Positions 50,795 to 60,068 of a stretch of 62,444 bases of DNA are shown here, in pieces. The translations under genes were made by a program, and so were the position numbers. The stretch lies in IMG/VR virus record IMGVR_UViG_3300009702_000014, positions 1 through 62,444 of that record. One strand, 5' to 3'. The notes beneath the pieces are model-generated. The model saw only the letters and a list, made by a program, of their open reading frames with translations, was not told where the DNA came from and ran no database searches. Within the stretch, counting starts at the first letter, position 1. Each line of letters starts with the position of its first letter. The stretch is from a virus. Lineage: Duplodnaviria; Heunggongvirae; Uroviricota; Caudoviricetes.

Positions 50795-50869
50795 TGGAGA
50801 GTGGTGTCGGATTCGAACCAACGTTCAACGGGTTGCAGCCGTTTACCTAAGCCTCTCGGTCAACCACTC
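50795..50869 (-). tRNA. trnC: tRNA-Cys(GCA)
   Basis: AACGG-CTGCAAC-CCGTT, U73, CCA. Confidence 0.92.
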
Positions 50870-51065
50870 ATTTTTTCCAAAAGTACGTGCAGTCATGATG
50901 TCCGTAAATCTTCTTCGTTATCACACAGTTTGCTGAATTCAAATCCGGGCCAGTTTGAGAATACACAAAGATGGACCCACTACCGTCCCCGTACACAACC
51001 GCAAGGGACTCCCCTCCTCTGCTTTGAAAGCTCTCCACGAATTCAAGGAATTCTTTATCAAACAT
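50868..51065 (-). CDS. Hypothetical protein (65 aa) within the tRNA cluster
   Basis: ORF with SD; GHHDC motif. Confidence 0.5.
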   Translation of the reverse strand: MFDKEFLEFVESFQSRGGESLAVVYGDGSGSIFVYSQTGPDLNSANCVITKKIYGHHDCTYFWKK

Positions 51066-51145
51066 GCTCTACCCCAACTCAGTCGCTCGAATAATCTCTT
51101 CCTCCTTCTGTCTAGATACTAACCTATGAAAGAATGAGAAAGATG

Positions 51146-51231
51146 TGGTGCCTCCCGTGGGATTCGAACCCACAAGCCCTCACGGGCAACAGATTTTAAG
51201 TCTGTCGTGTAGACCATTCCACCAGAGAGGC
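51146..51231 (-). tRNA. trnL: tRNA-Leu(TAA)
   Basis: ACAGA-CTTAAAA-TCTGT, long variable arm, CCA. Confidence 0.92.
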
Positions 51232-51237
51232 ATAAAA

Positions 51238-51314
51238 TGGTGCGGGAGGAGGGATTCGAACCCACACTGTCACGGTCCTAAGCCGTGCGCCTCCTGCCGT
51301 TGGGCTACTCCCGC
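51238..51314 (-). tRNA. trnL: tRNA-Leu(TAG), short variable arm
   Basis: CACGG-CTTAGGA-CCGTG, A73, CCA. Confidence 0.85.
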
Positions 51315-51318
51315 ATGA

Positions 51319-51399
51319 CGACTACCCAAGGGCTGTCCAAACCCTTGACACCTTATAGGTGGTCCGTCCCTGGCAGAGGCCAGGGGGAATCGGTAGCCG
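51319..51399 (-). ncRNA. Putative four-way-junction structured RNA upstream of tRNA-Leu
   Basis: CGGCTACC/GGTAGTCG closing helix enclosing three hairpins. Confidence 0.45.
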
Positions 51400-51507
51400 G
51401 GACAAAATAAGGTTTTTATAGAGGTTCGCCCTTCCTCTAGTGGGGCTAATAAAGTGTGCCCCTTTGGTAATACGCCCCTATCATAAGGCGGGGCTAAATG
51501 AGAAGTG

Positions 51508-52650
51508 TTAGTGAGCGAACAAGGGAAGTGCCAGGAATAGAGACAGAACGAGTGCTACCAGCCAAACCGGAAAAATCACTTCACTCCCTAAGGCACCAAG
51601 GACAACTCTCAGAACCCAAGGGACTGCGTACCACTTAGCAGCTACAGCCGCACCCCATCCGATTGCGACAATGACACCTACCATTGTGCTAAACAGCCAA
51701 CCGACCAACACCGTTACAACCAACCACAAAAGCACAGTGATAAAAACCTTGCCCATCTAATTCTCCTTTCGAAACTCAGTCTTAACGCCTAAGAGTATAG
51801 CATGTGTAGCTAAGTCTGTCAACTACCAAGCAGCTTATTTACAATCTGGTGGGCAAGTTCCACCTGGGGGCTAAACAAACCAATCCACGTCCAGGCATTC
51901 AGTAGATATATAAACCCCGTAATAAATGCCCCCGCTACAATAGCATAAGCCACCTCTATGAGTAGGGTTATTTCCGGGTGCCGTCTAAAATGTGGAATAA
52001 CTAACAAACCCGCAACTCCAACTGCTAGTGACACTACTCCACCAATTACCTGATTCAGCGCCGTGATGCGTACTGTAGCGAGGGCTAAAGAAAGAGTCTC
52101 CGGGCCATATTGATGGCCTATTTGGTTTATCTGATTAAGAACCTGATTAACTAAGTCTGCATTAGTCATTATGAATAATCACCTTTTCCACAGGAGTATC
52201 CACAGTCAGGTGCACGCTACGGATAAAATCAGCCCCGTACAAATCAAGATGTACCTGATACTCCATCGGCTGTTCAGCCATTACCTTAACGAAGGTATCA
52301 ATACCTTCCACAGCCCGCGTACCAGCAGGTCCATTCCTATTAGTCTTACGTACTGGGGTGCCATTCCTGACATAATTCTCAGCGTCTTGCAGTACCTCGG
52401 GCACCCTAGCAAGCCAATCATCACTGCGTGACTTTGTGCTATCCCAGGCTACTTGACAGATGGTCTTTCCATAGATACGACGCACATTTTCCGGGGCCCC
52501 GAAACTTTCTCCGGCTAGCTTGGAAAAAGCATAAGCCACAGCGTCAACTCCCCTCTGCAATTCATCATCCCCGATATAGCCAGAGAATTCCAATTGCAGC
52601 CGGTAAACATCCGTCGTTGCTTCTTCAAGGGGTACATAGCGTTTGCTCAT
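51508..52650 (-). CDS. Three genes: membrane proteins 51508-51756 and 51819-52169; hypothetical 52162-52650
   Basis: TM segments; SD-led starts. Confidence 0.6.
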
Positions 52651-53550
52651 GTAGACATCCTACCCTTTCCAAAGGTGAGAAGCATGAGTTTTTGTGAATC
52701 GAAAGTTAAATTGAAATAAACTTACGAATCTAAAGTCAACTTGATGTTTTCCTAAGGGGGTTGACTTACGAATCGAAAGTACCCTTCGCGCCGGGCTAAG
52801 AAAATTCCTCATGCCATCCTAAAGGAATCCACCCTGGATAATTCTCTACAGCAAAGATGTCGTCTTGATTAACTACCACACTAATCTCTCTACCACAGTA
52901 CTATGTAGATTAAGTTTTCATGTCTATATCATAGCCCGCCGTAATATTAGAAATGTTATGAGTCCCACTATGACTAATTAGGACCTTCCCACTTATTCTA
53001 CCTCAGCAGGTTATGAGATGTATGAGTATGCATATGAGAAGAATTAGGAAAAGGTTGTATTGCTAAGGAGGGAAAATGATAAAATCTTCATATTAGAGCT
53101 TTAAATGCAAAAGAGGTTTTTAGATAGATTGTGTATAAGTATGTATGGTTATGTAATAATATTCATTAAACCGAAGGTGAGGGAGATTTCCTGGGGGAAA
53201 CTTGCGTGGGAAGAGGCGGTTCTACGAGAGAATCACACTAGAAAATTATAATTAACAACATACAAGTCACCTTGAGTATGTACGCTGTTGTCAGGGTTAA
53301 ATTGCTGCTTGACAAAGTAAGAGAAAAAGTTATAATGCAAATATTACCAACTAGCATAAAAATCAATACCAGGAAATCCCTCTACATTAACAGGTTGTGT
53401 ATCCAAAGAGCACAAGACTTGCTAAACCTATTTCCATCATAGGAGGTAAGATTACGTTTATCCACGCACCACACCTATCTGAGTAACCTATCTCAATGTA
53501 TAACTCCTAACATGTTTTTATTTATAGCCCCGCTTTTAACGTATTATATA

Positions 53551-55378
53551 TTAACTCGATTCCTCTACCAGAGTCCTAGAAATATTTATTCCCTGACGGT
53601 ATAGCTTACCCTCGATACTATTAATAGCGTCAATAATCCTATCCTGTGCTTCGTCACGTGCATCTGCCATGTTGGAGGCATCTAGGTAAAACTCCAACGA
53701 AGTGCAAAAGTCAATTTCTACTCGGTACTCAGGCATCAGCCACCACCAATCATATTCGCAATACCAAGAAAACCAAACAGGGCAATAAGAACCCACAGCC
53801 AAAACCTGTTATCCTTTTTGTTTTCTACTATTAGCCCGGTTAAACCAGTGATGAAGATTATAATCCATATCATCAGATAATCACTCCTGTAACGCACACA
53901 AGGGCCGTTGCCGCAGAACCTACCATTAGCCACCAGTGGCCCTCCTGGTAGCTCTCCCAGGCAATGTAACCCCAAATAACGGCCATAAGTCCCAAAGCCA
54001 CACGCATAATTGTCATTTCCATAATTCTTTTCCTTTCTTGTTTTTAGCCCCGGATTAACTAGGAAGTGCCTTATAGACTCGGACCAGCACGTGCATTCCG
54101 TGGGCGATATGAATGCCATACGTTACAAGGGCGATAATCAAAAAAGCCGTTAGAGCCCTCAGAAAGCCCTTAGCTGTCATAACGCGAGGGAGATTAGTGA
54201 AAAACAGGTGTCCTGCCCCTGTCAGCACAACCACCATTAAAATCAGAAACGTATCAAATCCCATAAGATGCTCCTTAAGAAAGGTAGGCTGCCTATAACC
54301 ACAGTCTACCTTGTCCTTCTATGAGTTGTATGAGATTATTTTAGCAAAATTCCTATAATCCCCGCCACAATCTCGATAGTTACACCTGAGAAAGCAAGCC
54401 AACGTAACACCTTATCAGGAGTGTTTAAAGCGAGGACAAAAAGCCCTGCTCCCAATAAAAAATCCAACATAATGAGTACAATCATTTTTCACTTCCCCTA
54501 ACAGTCACCACAGCCACAATGAGAGTCCAGAGCACGAGAAACAAGAAATTATATGGCCAACCGAATTGCGTGTAAAAAACCGAGGTAACAATTGCAATCC
54601 ACAGGAGCCTAAATATCACGAATTTTATTCTCCTTTTCGTAGTCCATATATCTAACTTTGGCGTTAGTCATGCGCTTTAGGAATTTTTCAGCCGTTTCAA
54701 TTGTAATTTCCGCATCTTTACGCCATTGAGTGCTTTTTTGTGTAGACGGAAAATCTAAAACAGTCCGTAACTCATTCCTTAAAGCATTGATTATGGTTAT
54801 TGCTGCTTGGTCTTTATCAATCATGGGCCTGTACTACTCCTTTAGGAGTTTTAGTGTAGCACAATTCTTGGACAATTACACCTTTTTGATTGCTTTCTTT
54901 ATTTTAGCATATAAATTTAAAGATTTTAGGAATGCAGCCTCTTCTTCTGAGGTCATTTGGCCCGCCAAAGTTGAATAGATAATATTCATCACATGCTCAT
55001 GTTCTTTTATTTGTTCCGGGTCAATATCAATAGTTACTTTCATGAGTGCCAGCTTTCCACAAGTTGCAAACCCACTTGGCCTCTTTCTATGTTCAAAAAG
55101 CTTGAGATTAGAGAGTATACAATCAATTCCTTTCTACCTGCATCATCAGTATTACACATACTATGATGAGGAGGATGAGAAAGGAAGATTTTAACTGGAT
55201 GGCGACTCTCACGACGTTTGGAAATTTTCACTATTTAAGCGGCTTATCCTTGATATAGAGAAAGACCACGTATAGAACTGCCACAAATATTCCTATCTGT
55301 CCATATCCGGCAACAACAAAGCCTACCATCAGCAGAAACGTTACAATTGCAAGTATTTCTTCAAGTTGGGTCATGGTA
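53551..55378 (-). CDS. Cluster of small genes, many encoding 1-2 TM membrane proteins (e.g. 53551-53736, 53736-53873, 53873-54022, 54055-54264, 54609-54824, 55040-55231)
   Basis: Short coupled ORFs with hydrophobic stretches. Confidence 0.45.
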
Positions 55379-55856
55379 TGTATCCTGGGAATAATTGAAA
55401 TCCACGCGCAGAGGACACGCGAAAAACAGGGTAATTTTGTTGAGTTGTTGGGGGCATCCATGCGTTTGTCCACGGCAGCCTGTCGGCATTCTTATTGTTT
55501 TGCCATTCATAAGGTTCAAAAGCATTTCCGTTACTAACCACATAAGCTATCCAAAACCAAGGCCCTAGATAAAGGCTTTGCCGATAATGGTGTAATTCAT
55601 GCGCCTGCACTTCAAGCGAATTTGTAGGCACGGACGAAAGTCCACGAATATCGTTGGTGGCATAAACTTCCGGGTCATACAATGTAATTAATGGAAAAGT
55701 GGTTGCAGAAGCTCCCCACAGGCGATGTGTAGGAAAGGGCATCCAAATCTGAGGACTAGCATCGAATTGCCACGAGCCCAAAGACCAAGACGCAGTGCCA
55801 CCAAGAGGGCTTGAAAAATGTAAAGTTAATGTAAGGGTAATCGCAAGCAAGCTCAT
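55371..55856 (-). CDS. Secreted/membrane protein with HExxH motif (161 aa)
   Basis: N-terminal signal; QAHELHHYRQ, NAFE. Confidence 0.55.
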   Translation of the reverse strand: MSLLAITLTLTLHFSSPLGGTASWSLGSWQFDASPQIWMPFPTHRLWGASATTFPLITLYDPEVYATNDIRGLSSVPTNSLEVQAHELHHYRQSLYLGPWFWIAYVVSNGNAFEPYEWQNNKNADRLPWTNAWMPPTTQQNYPVFRVSSARGFQLFPGYIP

Positions 55857-55890
55857 ATCCCTACTATGACAGGGAGATAGATTAGAAATA

Positions 55891-56904
55891 TTAGTTGAAT
55901 TCCTCGCCTGTCTCTTTATACTTTTTGTTTAGGATTTTTACCATCAGCCGCGTACCATCCGAAGCAAGCCTGTCCGGGGAGGGGCGTATAACGATTCCCT
56001 CGTTAATGTGTAATCCCTGACCACTGACCCGTTCCGTACCATCGGCAAGCCGTTTTAGGTTGACGTCTTTTAATGGCCCGGTATAGTAAAGCGGCGCCCA
56101 ATACTCAAAAATTGCATCAGGGATATCTCCGAGGCTAAGACTCTCACCATTTACACGCACATCAAAAAACAACACAGTAAGCTTTTGCTGACCATACTTA
56201 AATCCCTTTTGCAGAGGAATTACTTCACCAAAGAGTTGCACATCGTCCTCTGGCAAAAATTCATCGAACATGTCAAAGGCCCCCACATTGCGGCCAGCAG
56301 TCCAGTAAGCATTTGACGCAGACTCTTCTAGTACCATATCCCGACTCAGCAGCCCTTTCGACGTAACAAATATCTCACCCGCAGCCGTGCGGCCATAAAT
56401 AACCTGGCTACCGTGAATTTTCTCACTGATATTGACGCGCTCGTCCTCCGAGAATTCATGGCGGTAAATACCAAATTGCTCTACGTCATGTTGTGTGAAT
56501 CGACCCTCCGGCAACTTTTTGACTTGGCCCAAAAGGGACTGTGGGATAGGAGGCTCATACTTATGGATATTAAGCCTCTCGCTCACGTCCTCACCATAAG
56601 GGACATCAGCCAATTCGGGGAAGAATTTATCCGAGGGAGAGACAGCCCCCATCGACAACTCTCCACGTAGGCGAATTTCTCGCACGCGGTCCTTATGCGG
56701 ACCACCAAGATATTCCTTCCACGGTGCTTGCAATTCCTCAGGCAACACAGACTTGGCCGGGATAAAAATTACATCTTCCCCGCCTTCGTAAATACCTTTC
56801 TGCACCACGACCTGAAACTGCCCTACCTTACCCAGCATCAGCTTGTCGGCATTCGGGTGGGGGAATAATTCAATTTTGTCTTTAAACACTTTCCACTGTG
56901 CCAT
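55891..56904 (-). CDS. RNA ligase, DRB0094/Rnl2-like family
   Basis: PHPNADKL N-domain; SEKIHGS (motif I), LFGEV, FFDV, NEGIVI, KILNKKY. Confidence 0.88.
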   Translation of the reverse strand: MAQWKVFKDKIELFPHPNADKLMLGKVGQFQVVVQKGIYEGGEDVIFIPAKSVLPEELQAPWKEYLGGPHKDRVREIRLRGELSMGAVSPSDKFFPELADVPYGEDVSERLNIHKYEPPIPQSLLGQVKKLPEGRFTQHDVEQFGIYRHEFSEDERVNISEKIHGSQVIYGRTAAGEIFVTSKGLLSRDMVLEESASNAYWTAGRNVGAFDMFDEFLPEDDVQLFGEVIPLQKGFKYGQQKLTVLFFDVRVNGESLSLGDIPDAIFEYWAPLYYTGPLKDVNLKRLADGTERVSGQGLHINEGIVIRPSPDRLASDGTRLMVKILNKKYKETGEEFN

Positions 56905-56926
56905 GATATTACTCTACTCTTTCTGA

Positions 56927-57193
56927 CTATGAGAATGCTGAAAACGCATTAACCTCTTCTTTGTCGTTCAACTCTCTCACATGCAGACCTATAAATGGGT
57001 TTTCGTCATGTCCTATTGCATAGGTATGATATCCACGTGGGTAGTGCTTTTTGAACGTCTTAATACTACGTCCGCGAGCCTTATTTTTACTCGGAGCCTC
57101 GACCATCACTACATCTATACAAAATTCGGGAGGTTCATAATAACTTTTTCCGGGCAATTTATATAAGGGTGTAGTTACTAACCATTTTCTCAT
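56927..57193 (-). CDS. Hypothetical protein (start probably MRKWLV)
   Basis: Coupled between RNase H and the ligase. Confidence 0.5.
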   Translation of the reverse strand: MRKWLVTTPLYKLPGKSYYEPPEFCIDVVMVEAPSKNKARGRSIKTFKKHYPRGYHTYAIGHDENPFIGLHVRELNDKEEVNAFSAFS

Positions 57194-57585
57194 AACACTC
57201 GACTCCTTTCGTCGGCCCGAGAATTCTCGTGCCGAGGTACCCACCGGAGCGTATAATTCGGCATCAAATTCAGCAGCCTCTTAGCTTCTGCATGGAGAGG
57301 CTTCAAATGCTTCGCACGGCACCTGAAACGCCCTTCAAGCTGATAAATAATTAACTGCGAGTCTCCTATGATTTCAATATCACTGATACCCAAGTCGATA
57401 GCCTTTTTCAAACCTGCAATCAATCCATAATATTCAGCAACATTGTTAGTTTGTTCTAATTCCCTGGGAATATAATCTGTATTTTCAGCAAAGATAGAGG
57501 ACTCAAGCACATAGCCATAACTGGCGAGACGCCCCTTATGCGGGCTAGAAGAACCGTCAAAATACAGTTTTGCCTTCATTTTCAC
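57190..57585 (-). CDS. rnhA: Ribonuclease HI family protein
   Basis: YFDGSS, TNNVAEY, GDSQLI, WVPRHENSRAD. Confidence 0.9.
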   Translation of the reverse strand: MKMKAKLYFDGSSSPHKGRLASYGYVLESSIFAENTDYIPRELEQTNNVAEYYGLIAGLKKAIDLGISDIEIIGDSQLIIYQLEGRFRCRAKHLKPLHAEAKRLLNLMPNYTLRWVPRHENSRADERSRVL

Positions 57586-57729
57586 CCCACCCTTTCAACC
57601 TATGATAGCAGTTTTCAATATTAGAATAATGAGTGCCTGGTGCGCTTTGGAGTCCCCTCTATTTTATTTCATAAGGTAAAGGCTCATAGGCATCTTCTTA
57701 CAAAAAGAAAAATCCCCTGAGCCTTTCAG

Positions 57730-57809
57730 TGGTGGTAACGGTAGGAATCGAACCTACATGTATCCAATTACTCTTTCAAGTCTTTAGGAGAGACAGGAGA
57801 TACGCTACC
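57730..57809 (-). ncRNA. Rearranged tRNA-like RNA 1 (anticodon-like CCT)
   Basis: 7-bp acceptor, A73-CCA, canonical T arm, GTCT-CTCCTAA-AGAC hairpin, no D arm in the normal position. Confidence 0.75.
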
Positions 57810-58118
57810 ACGTCGTTTCCGCAAATCATATCCTAGCTTATCTGCCCAAGCCTTAAGAATTTCCTCGTCTGTGTAGTAACCAAACAATTTAAAGGCTTGA
57901 TGCCCTGTATTCTGTCCTACAATAATAACTTGGGTTTCATCCGCATGTCCAACACCAACACATTGGAGGCCGTGGTCATAATAATTAGGATAAGTGTGGT
58001 TTGGATTAGGCCAACCTTTTTCTGTAATAGCCCGCCAAATTTCCTTTCCCACACTCTTATCTTCCTCAATTTCATGCAGCCTGTCATTAAGCACAACCAT
58101 CACACTATTAAATCCCAT
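57768..58118 (-). CDS. Hypothetical protein (116 aa)
   Basis: ORF between tRNA genes; 3' end overlaps tRNA-like RNA 1 by 42 nt. Confidence 0.6.
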   Translation of the reverse strand: MGFNSVMVVLNDRLHEIEEDKSVGKEIWRAITEKGWPNPNHTYPNYYDHGLQCVGVGHADETQVIIVGQNTGHQAFKLFGYYTDEEILKAWADKLGYDLRKRRGSVSPVSPKDLKE

Positions 58119-58134
58119 TTTATCTCCCTTGTTT

Positions 58135-58209
58135 TGGTGGCCCCTGTAGGAATCGAACCCACGTCCCTGCGTTCGAAGCGCAGAATCCTGTCCGTTGAAC
58201 GAAGGAGCC
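58135..58209 (-). tRNA. trnR: tRNA-Arg(TCG)
   Basis: CTGCG-CTTCGAA-CGCAG, CCA. Confidence 0.9.
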
Positions 58210-58211
58210 TA

Positions 58212-58511
58212 TCAAGAAAATGTATCGAGTAATGCATCGCGTACATCATCAGGAGTAATTTCAACGATGTGCCGTCGGTTGTTTTGAGCATTAAACGCTA
58301 GTTTCACCCCAAGAATGGTTGAAAAAGCATTCCCTTCCTCAAAGTCGAGTCCTTCACTCCAAACATTCTCCCACTCTTCCTCAACGAGATTATCAATTTC
58401 CCCGGCAGAGATAGACTGTCGGTAGAGAGGAGCATCATACCCGAACATCGCATCTTGGATTGTTTCTCGTGCATTATCGCGTTCTGAAAGGACATAAACA
58501 GTAGAAAGCAT
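58212..58511 (-). CDS. Acidic hypothetical protein (99 aa)
   Basis: SD GAGAGGGGAG; ORF between tRNAs. Confidence 0.55.
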   Translation of the reverse strand: MLSTVYVLSERDNARETIQDAMFGYDAPLYRQSISAGEIDNLVEEEWENVWSEGLDFEEGNAFSTILGVKLAFNAQNNRRHIVEITPDDVRDALLDTFS

Positions 58512-58721
58512 GGTTTCTCCCCTCTCTTAAACTGTACAACTAGAGATAATGAGAAAGATGTGACAGTTTGATTCGGCACTGCCAAGCCAAAGGGTATGAT
58601 TCGCTTCACCTGCGTCTGAGGTATTTAGTACACGCGCCTTAACGTCGTGTTTCTCACTGACTGTACCGGGTAGCTAATCCGTCTTTAGTCTTTTTCAGTA
58701 GGGCGAGTGATTCACCCCATT

Positions 58722-58798
58722 TGGAGTCCCGTGCAGGATTCGAACCCGCGATTCCTGAGTTAGAAGCTCAGAGCCTTAGTCCACTAGACGAACGGGAC
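58722..58798 (-). tRNA. trnR: tRNA-Arg(TCT)
   Basis: CTGAG-CTTCTAA-CTCAG, CCA. Confidence 0.9.
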
Positions 58799-58923
58799 AT
58801 GCCTGGAAAGCATTTGATAACGGAGGGCCTTCCTCGCCCTCTTCGGTCCCCGAGTGCTTACGTGATATCCCGCTTGCCCTCGGTTGAGGACTGACTAGAG
58901 TCTATACACTAGGTTTATGAGAA

Positions 58924-59011
58924 TGGTGGCAGCGATAGGATTCGAACCTACAAAGTCGTTATGACAAACAAAGTCTCAGCCTGTCCCGTATGCCAATTCC
59001 ACCATCTGAGC
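58924..59011 (-). pseudogene. Pseudo-tRNA-Leu(GAG) with unpaired acceptor stem
   Basis: Leu-type D loop TGGTGGAATTGGCATAC, CTGAGAC loop, T arm and CCA present; GCTCAGA does not pair with CGCTGCC. Confidence 0.6.
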
Positions 59012-59158
59012 AAAAAGCCTGACTTTCACAGTCGCAGAAATAGCCTACTGCTACAGGTACGGGAGTCTTACTGTTCGGTGCTTGGCGTGCAAAATAGCAC
59101 GCTCCCTGGGTTTTCTTATCCCGTCATTTACGGCGCTCCACCAAAGGCCGTGACTTCT

Positions 59159-59232
59159 TGGATGCGGGGCAGGAGTCGAACCTGCCTTTCGTGGATATGA
59201 ACCACGCATAGTCGCCGGACTATTTCTCCGCA
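59159..59232 (-). tRNA. trnM: tRNA(CAT), atypical acceptor stem
   Basis: CGTGG-TTCATAT-CCACG; acceptor 3' strand appears 1 nt short; CCA. Confidence 0.7.
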
Positions 59233-59236
59233 ATAG

Positions 59237-59315
59237 TGGTTGCAGGGGTTGGAATCGAACCAACAACGACGTGCTTATGAGACACGTAAGGCGAACCAAT
59301 AGCCTTCTCCCTGCC
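59237..59315 (-). tRNA. trnM: tRNA(CAT) with 1:72 mismatch
   Basis: CGTGT-CTCATAA-GCACG; G1.A72; CCA. Confidence 0.8.
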
Positions 59316-59346
59316 ATAAAATTGTAACCTAGAGAAACATGAGGAG

Positions 59347-59421
59347 GGTGAGTGCGCGGGATTTGAACCCGCAAACGACTGTTAGTTGGACAGTTTGATA
59401 ACCATTATCGGAGTAACCCTA
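59347..59421 (-). pseudogene. Degenerate tRNA-like element
   Basis: D hairpin GATA-ATGGT-TATC, ACTGT-CCAACTA-ACAGT, T arm GCGGG-TTCAAAT-CCCGC; weak acceptor, no CCA. Confidence 0.45.
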
Positions 59422-59441
59422 TCTCCTGGCTGCTAGGCTTT

Positions 59442-59513
59442 TGGTACCGTGGAAGGGAAACGAACCCTTATGCTGTCGCTTATGAGACGAAGCCCTCACC
59501 TTGAGTCCACGGC
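59442..59513 (-). tRNA. tRNA(CAT) (Met or Ile2), short D arm
   Basis: GCCGTGG/CCACGGT, CTCATAA loop, CCA. Confidence 0.75.
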
Positions 59514-59666
59514 ATAAATGCGGGTTTTTCTGCGGCCCCGCACCGCAGCCCTGTCGTCACGCAGGGACTTACAATCCTCAACGCCACGTTCCAGTTTGGA
59601 CTTTCACCGTGTCGGACGCTATTTATCGGTAGAATTTGAAGCCATTAACCGAGCGAATGAGGAATA

Positions 59667-59741
59667 TGGTAGGCCCGCTCGGACTTGAACCGAGAACTTC
59701 CACTTTGTAGGAGTGGCACTCTGCCTTTGAGTTACGGGCCT
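59667..59741 (-). tRNA. trnV: tRNA-Val(TAC), C33
   Basis: CCACT-CCTACAA-AGTGG, CCA. Confidence 0.82.
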
Positions 59742-59882
59742 GAGCAGGGGGTTTTTCTAAGGGAACCCCTTAACCCTGCGGAAATCTGAGGTATTGCCCT
59801 AAGCCGCATTCCGCTGTAAGCTTCCGGGCCCCCTGTAAAAATTATTATGGAGGACTTTTGTACGTCGGAGCCTCCTTCCGAC

Positions 59883-59957
59883 TGGTACGCCCACCAGGAT
59901 TCGAACCTGGATTAGCTGGATATAAGCCAGATGCTCTTACCGTTGAACTATGGGCGC
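59883..59957 (-). tRNA. trnI: tRNA-Ile(TAT)
   Basis: CTGG-CTTATAT-CCAG, A73, CCA. Confidence 0.85.
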
Positions 59958-59962
59958 ACAAA

Positions 59963-60048
59963 TGGTGTGCTTAGGATAGGCGTGCTGTGACGCCTCGTTT
60001 TACGTCTGGTTCCAATTCGCACACGTGCCGGATTGGTTCTCCTAAGCC
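59963..60048 (-). ncRNA. CCA-ending cloverleaf-like RNA without tRNA consensus loops
   Basis: GCTTAGGA/TCCTAAGC stem, three internal hairpins, ends ACACCA. Confidence 0.5.
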
Positions 60049-60068
60049 TGATTACTAGCCACCCTTTG

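Noticed and set aside
53309-53336. Near-perfect plus-strand sigma70 promoter (TTGACA-16-TATAAT) as the start of a gene
   Set aside because: No convincing ORF or structure downstream; may be antisense or a remnant, so not reported as a feature
57730-57809. tmRNA tRNA-like domain
   Set aside because: Only 80 nt, no G3.U70 pair, no tag reading frame or pseudoknots; has an anticodon-like loop instead
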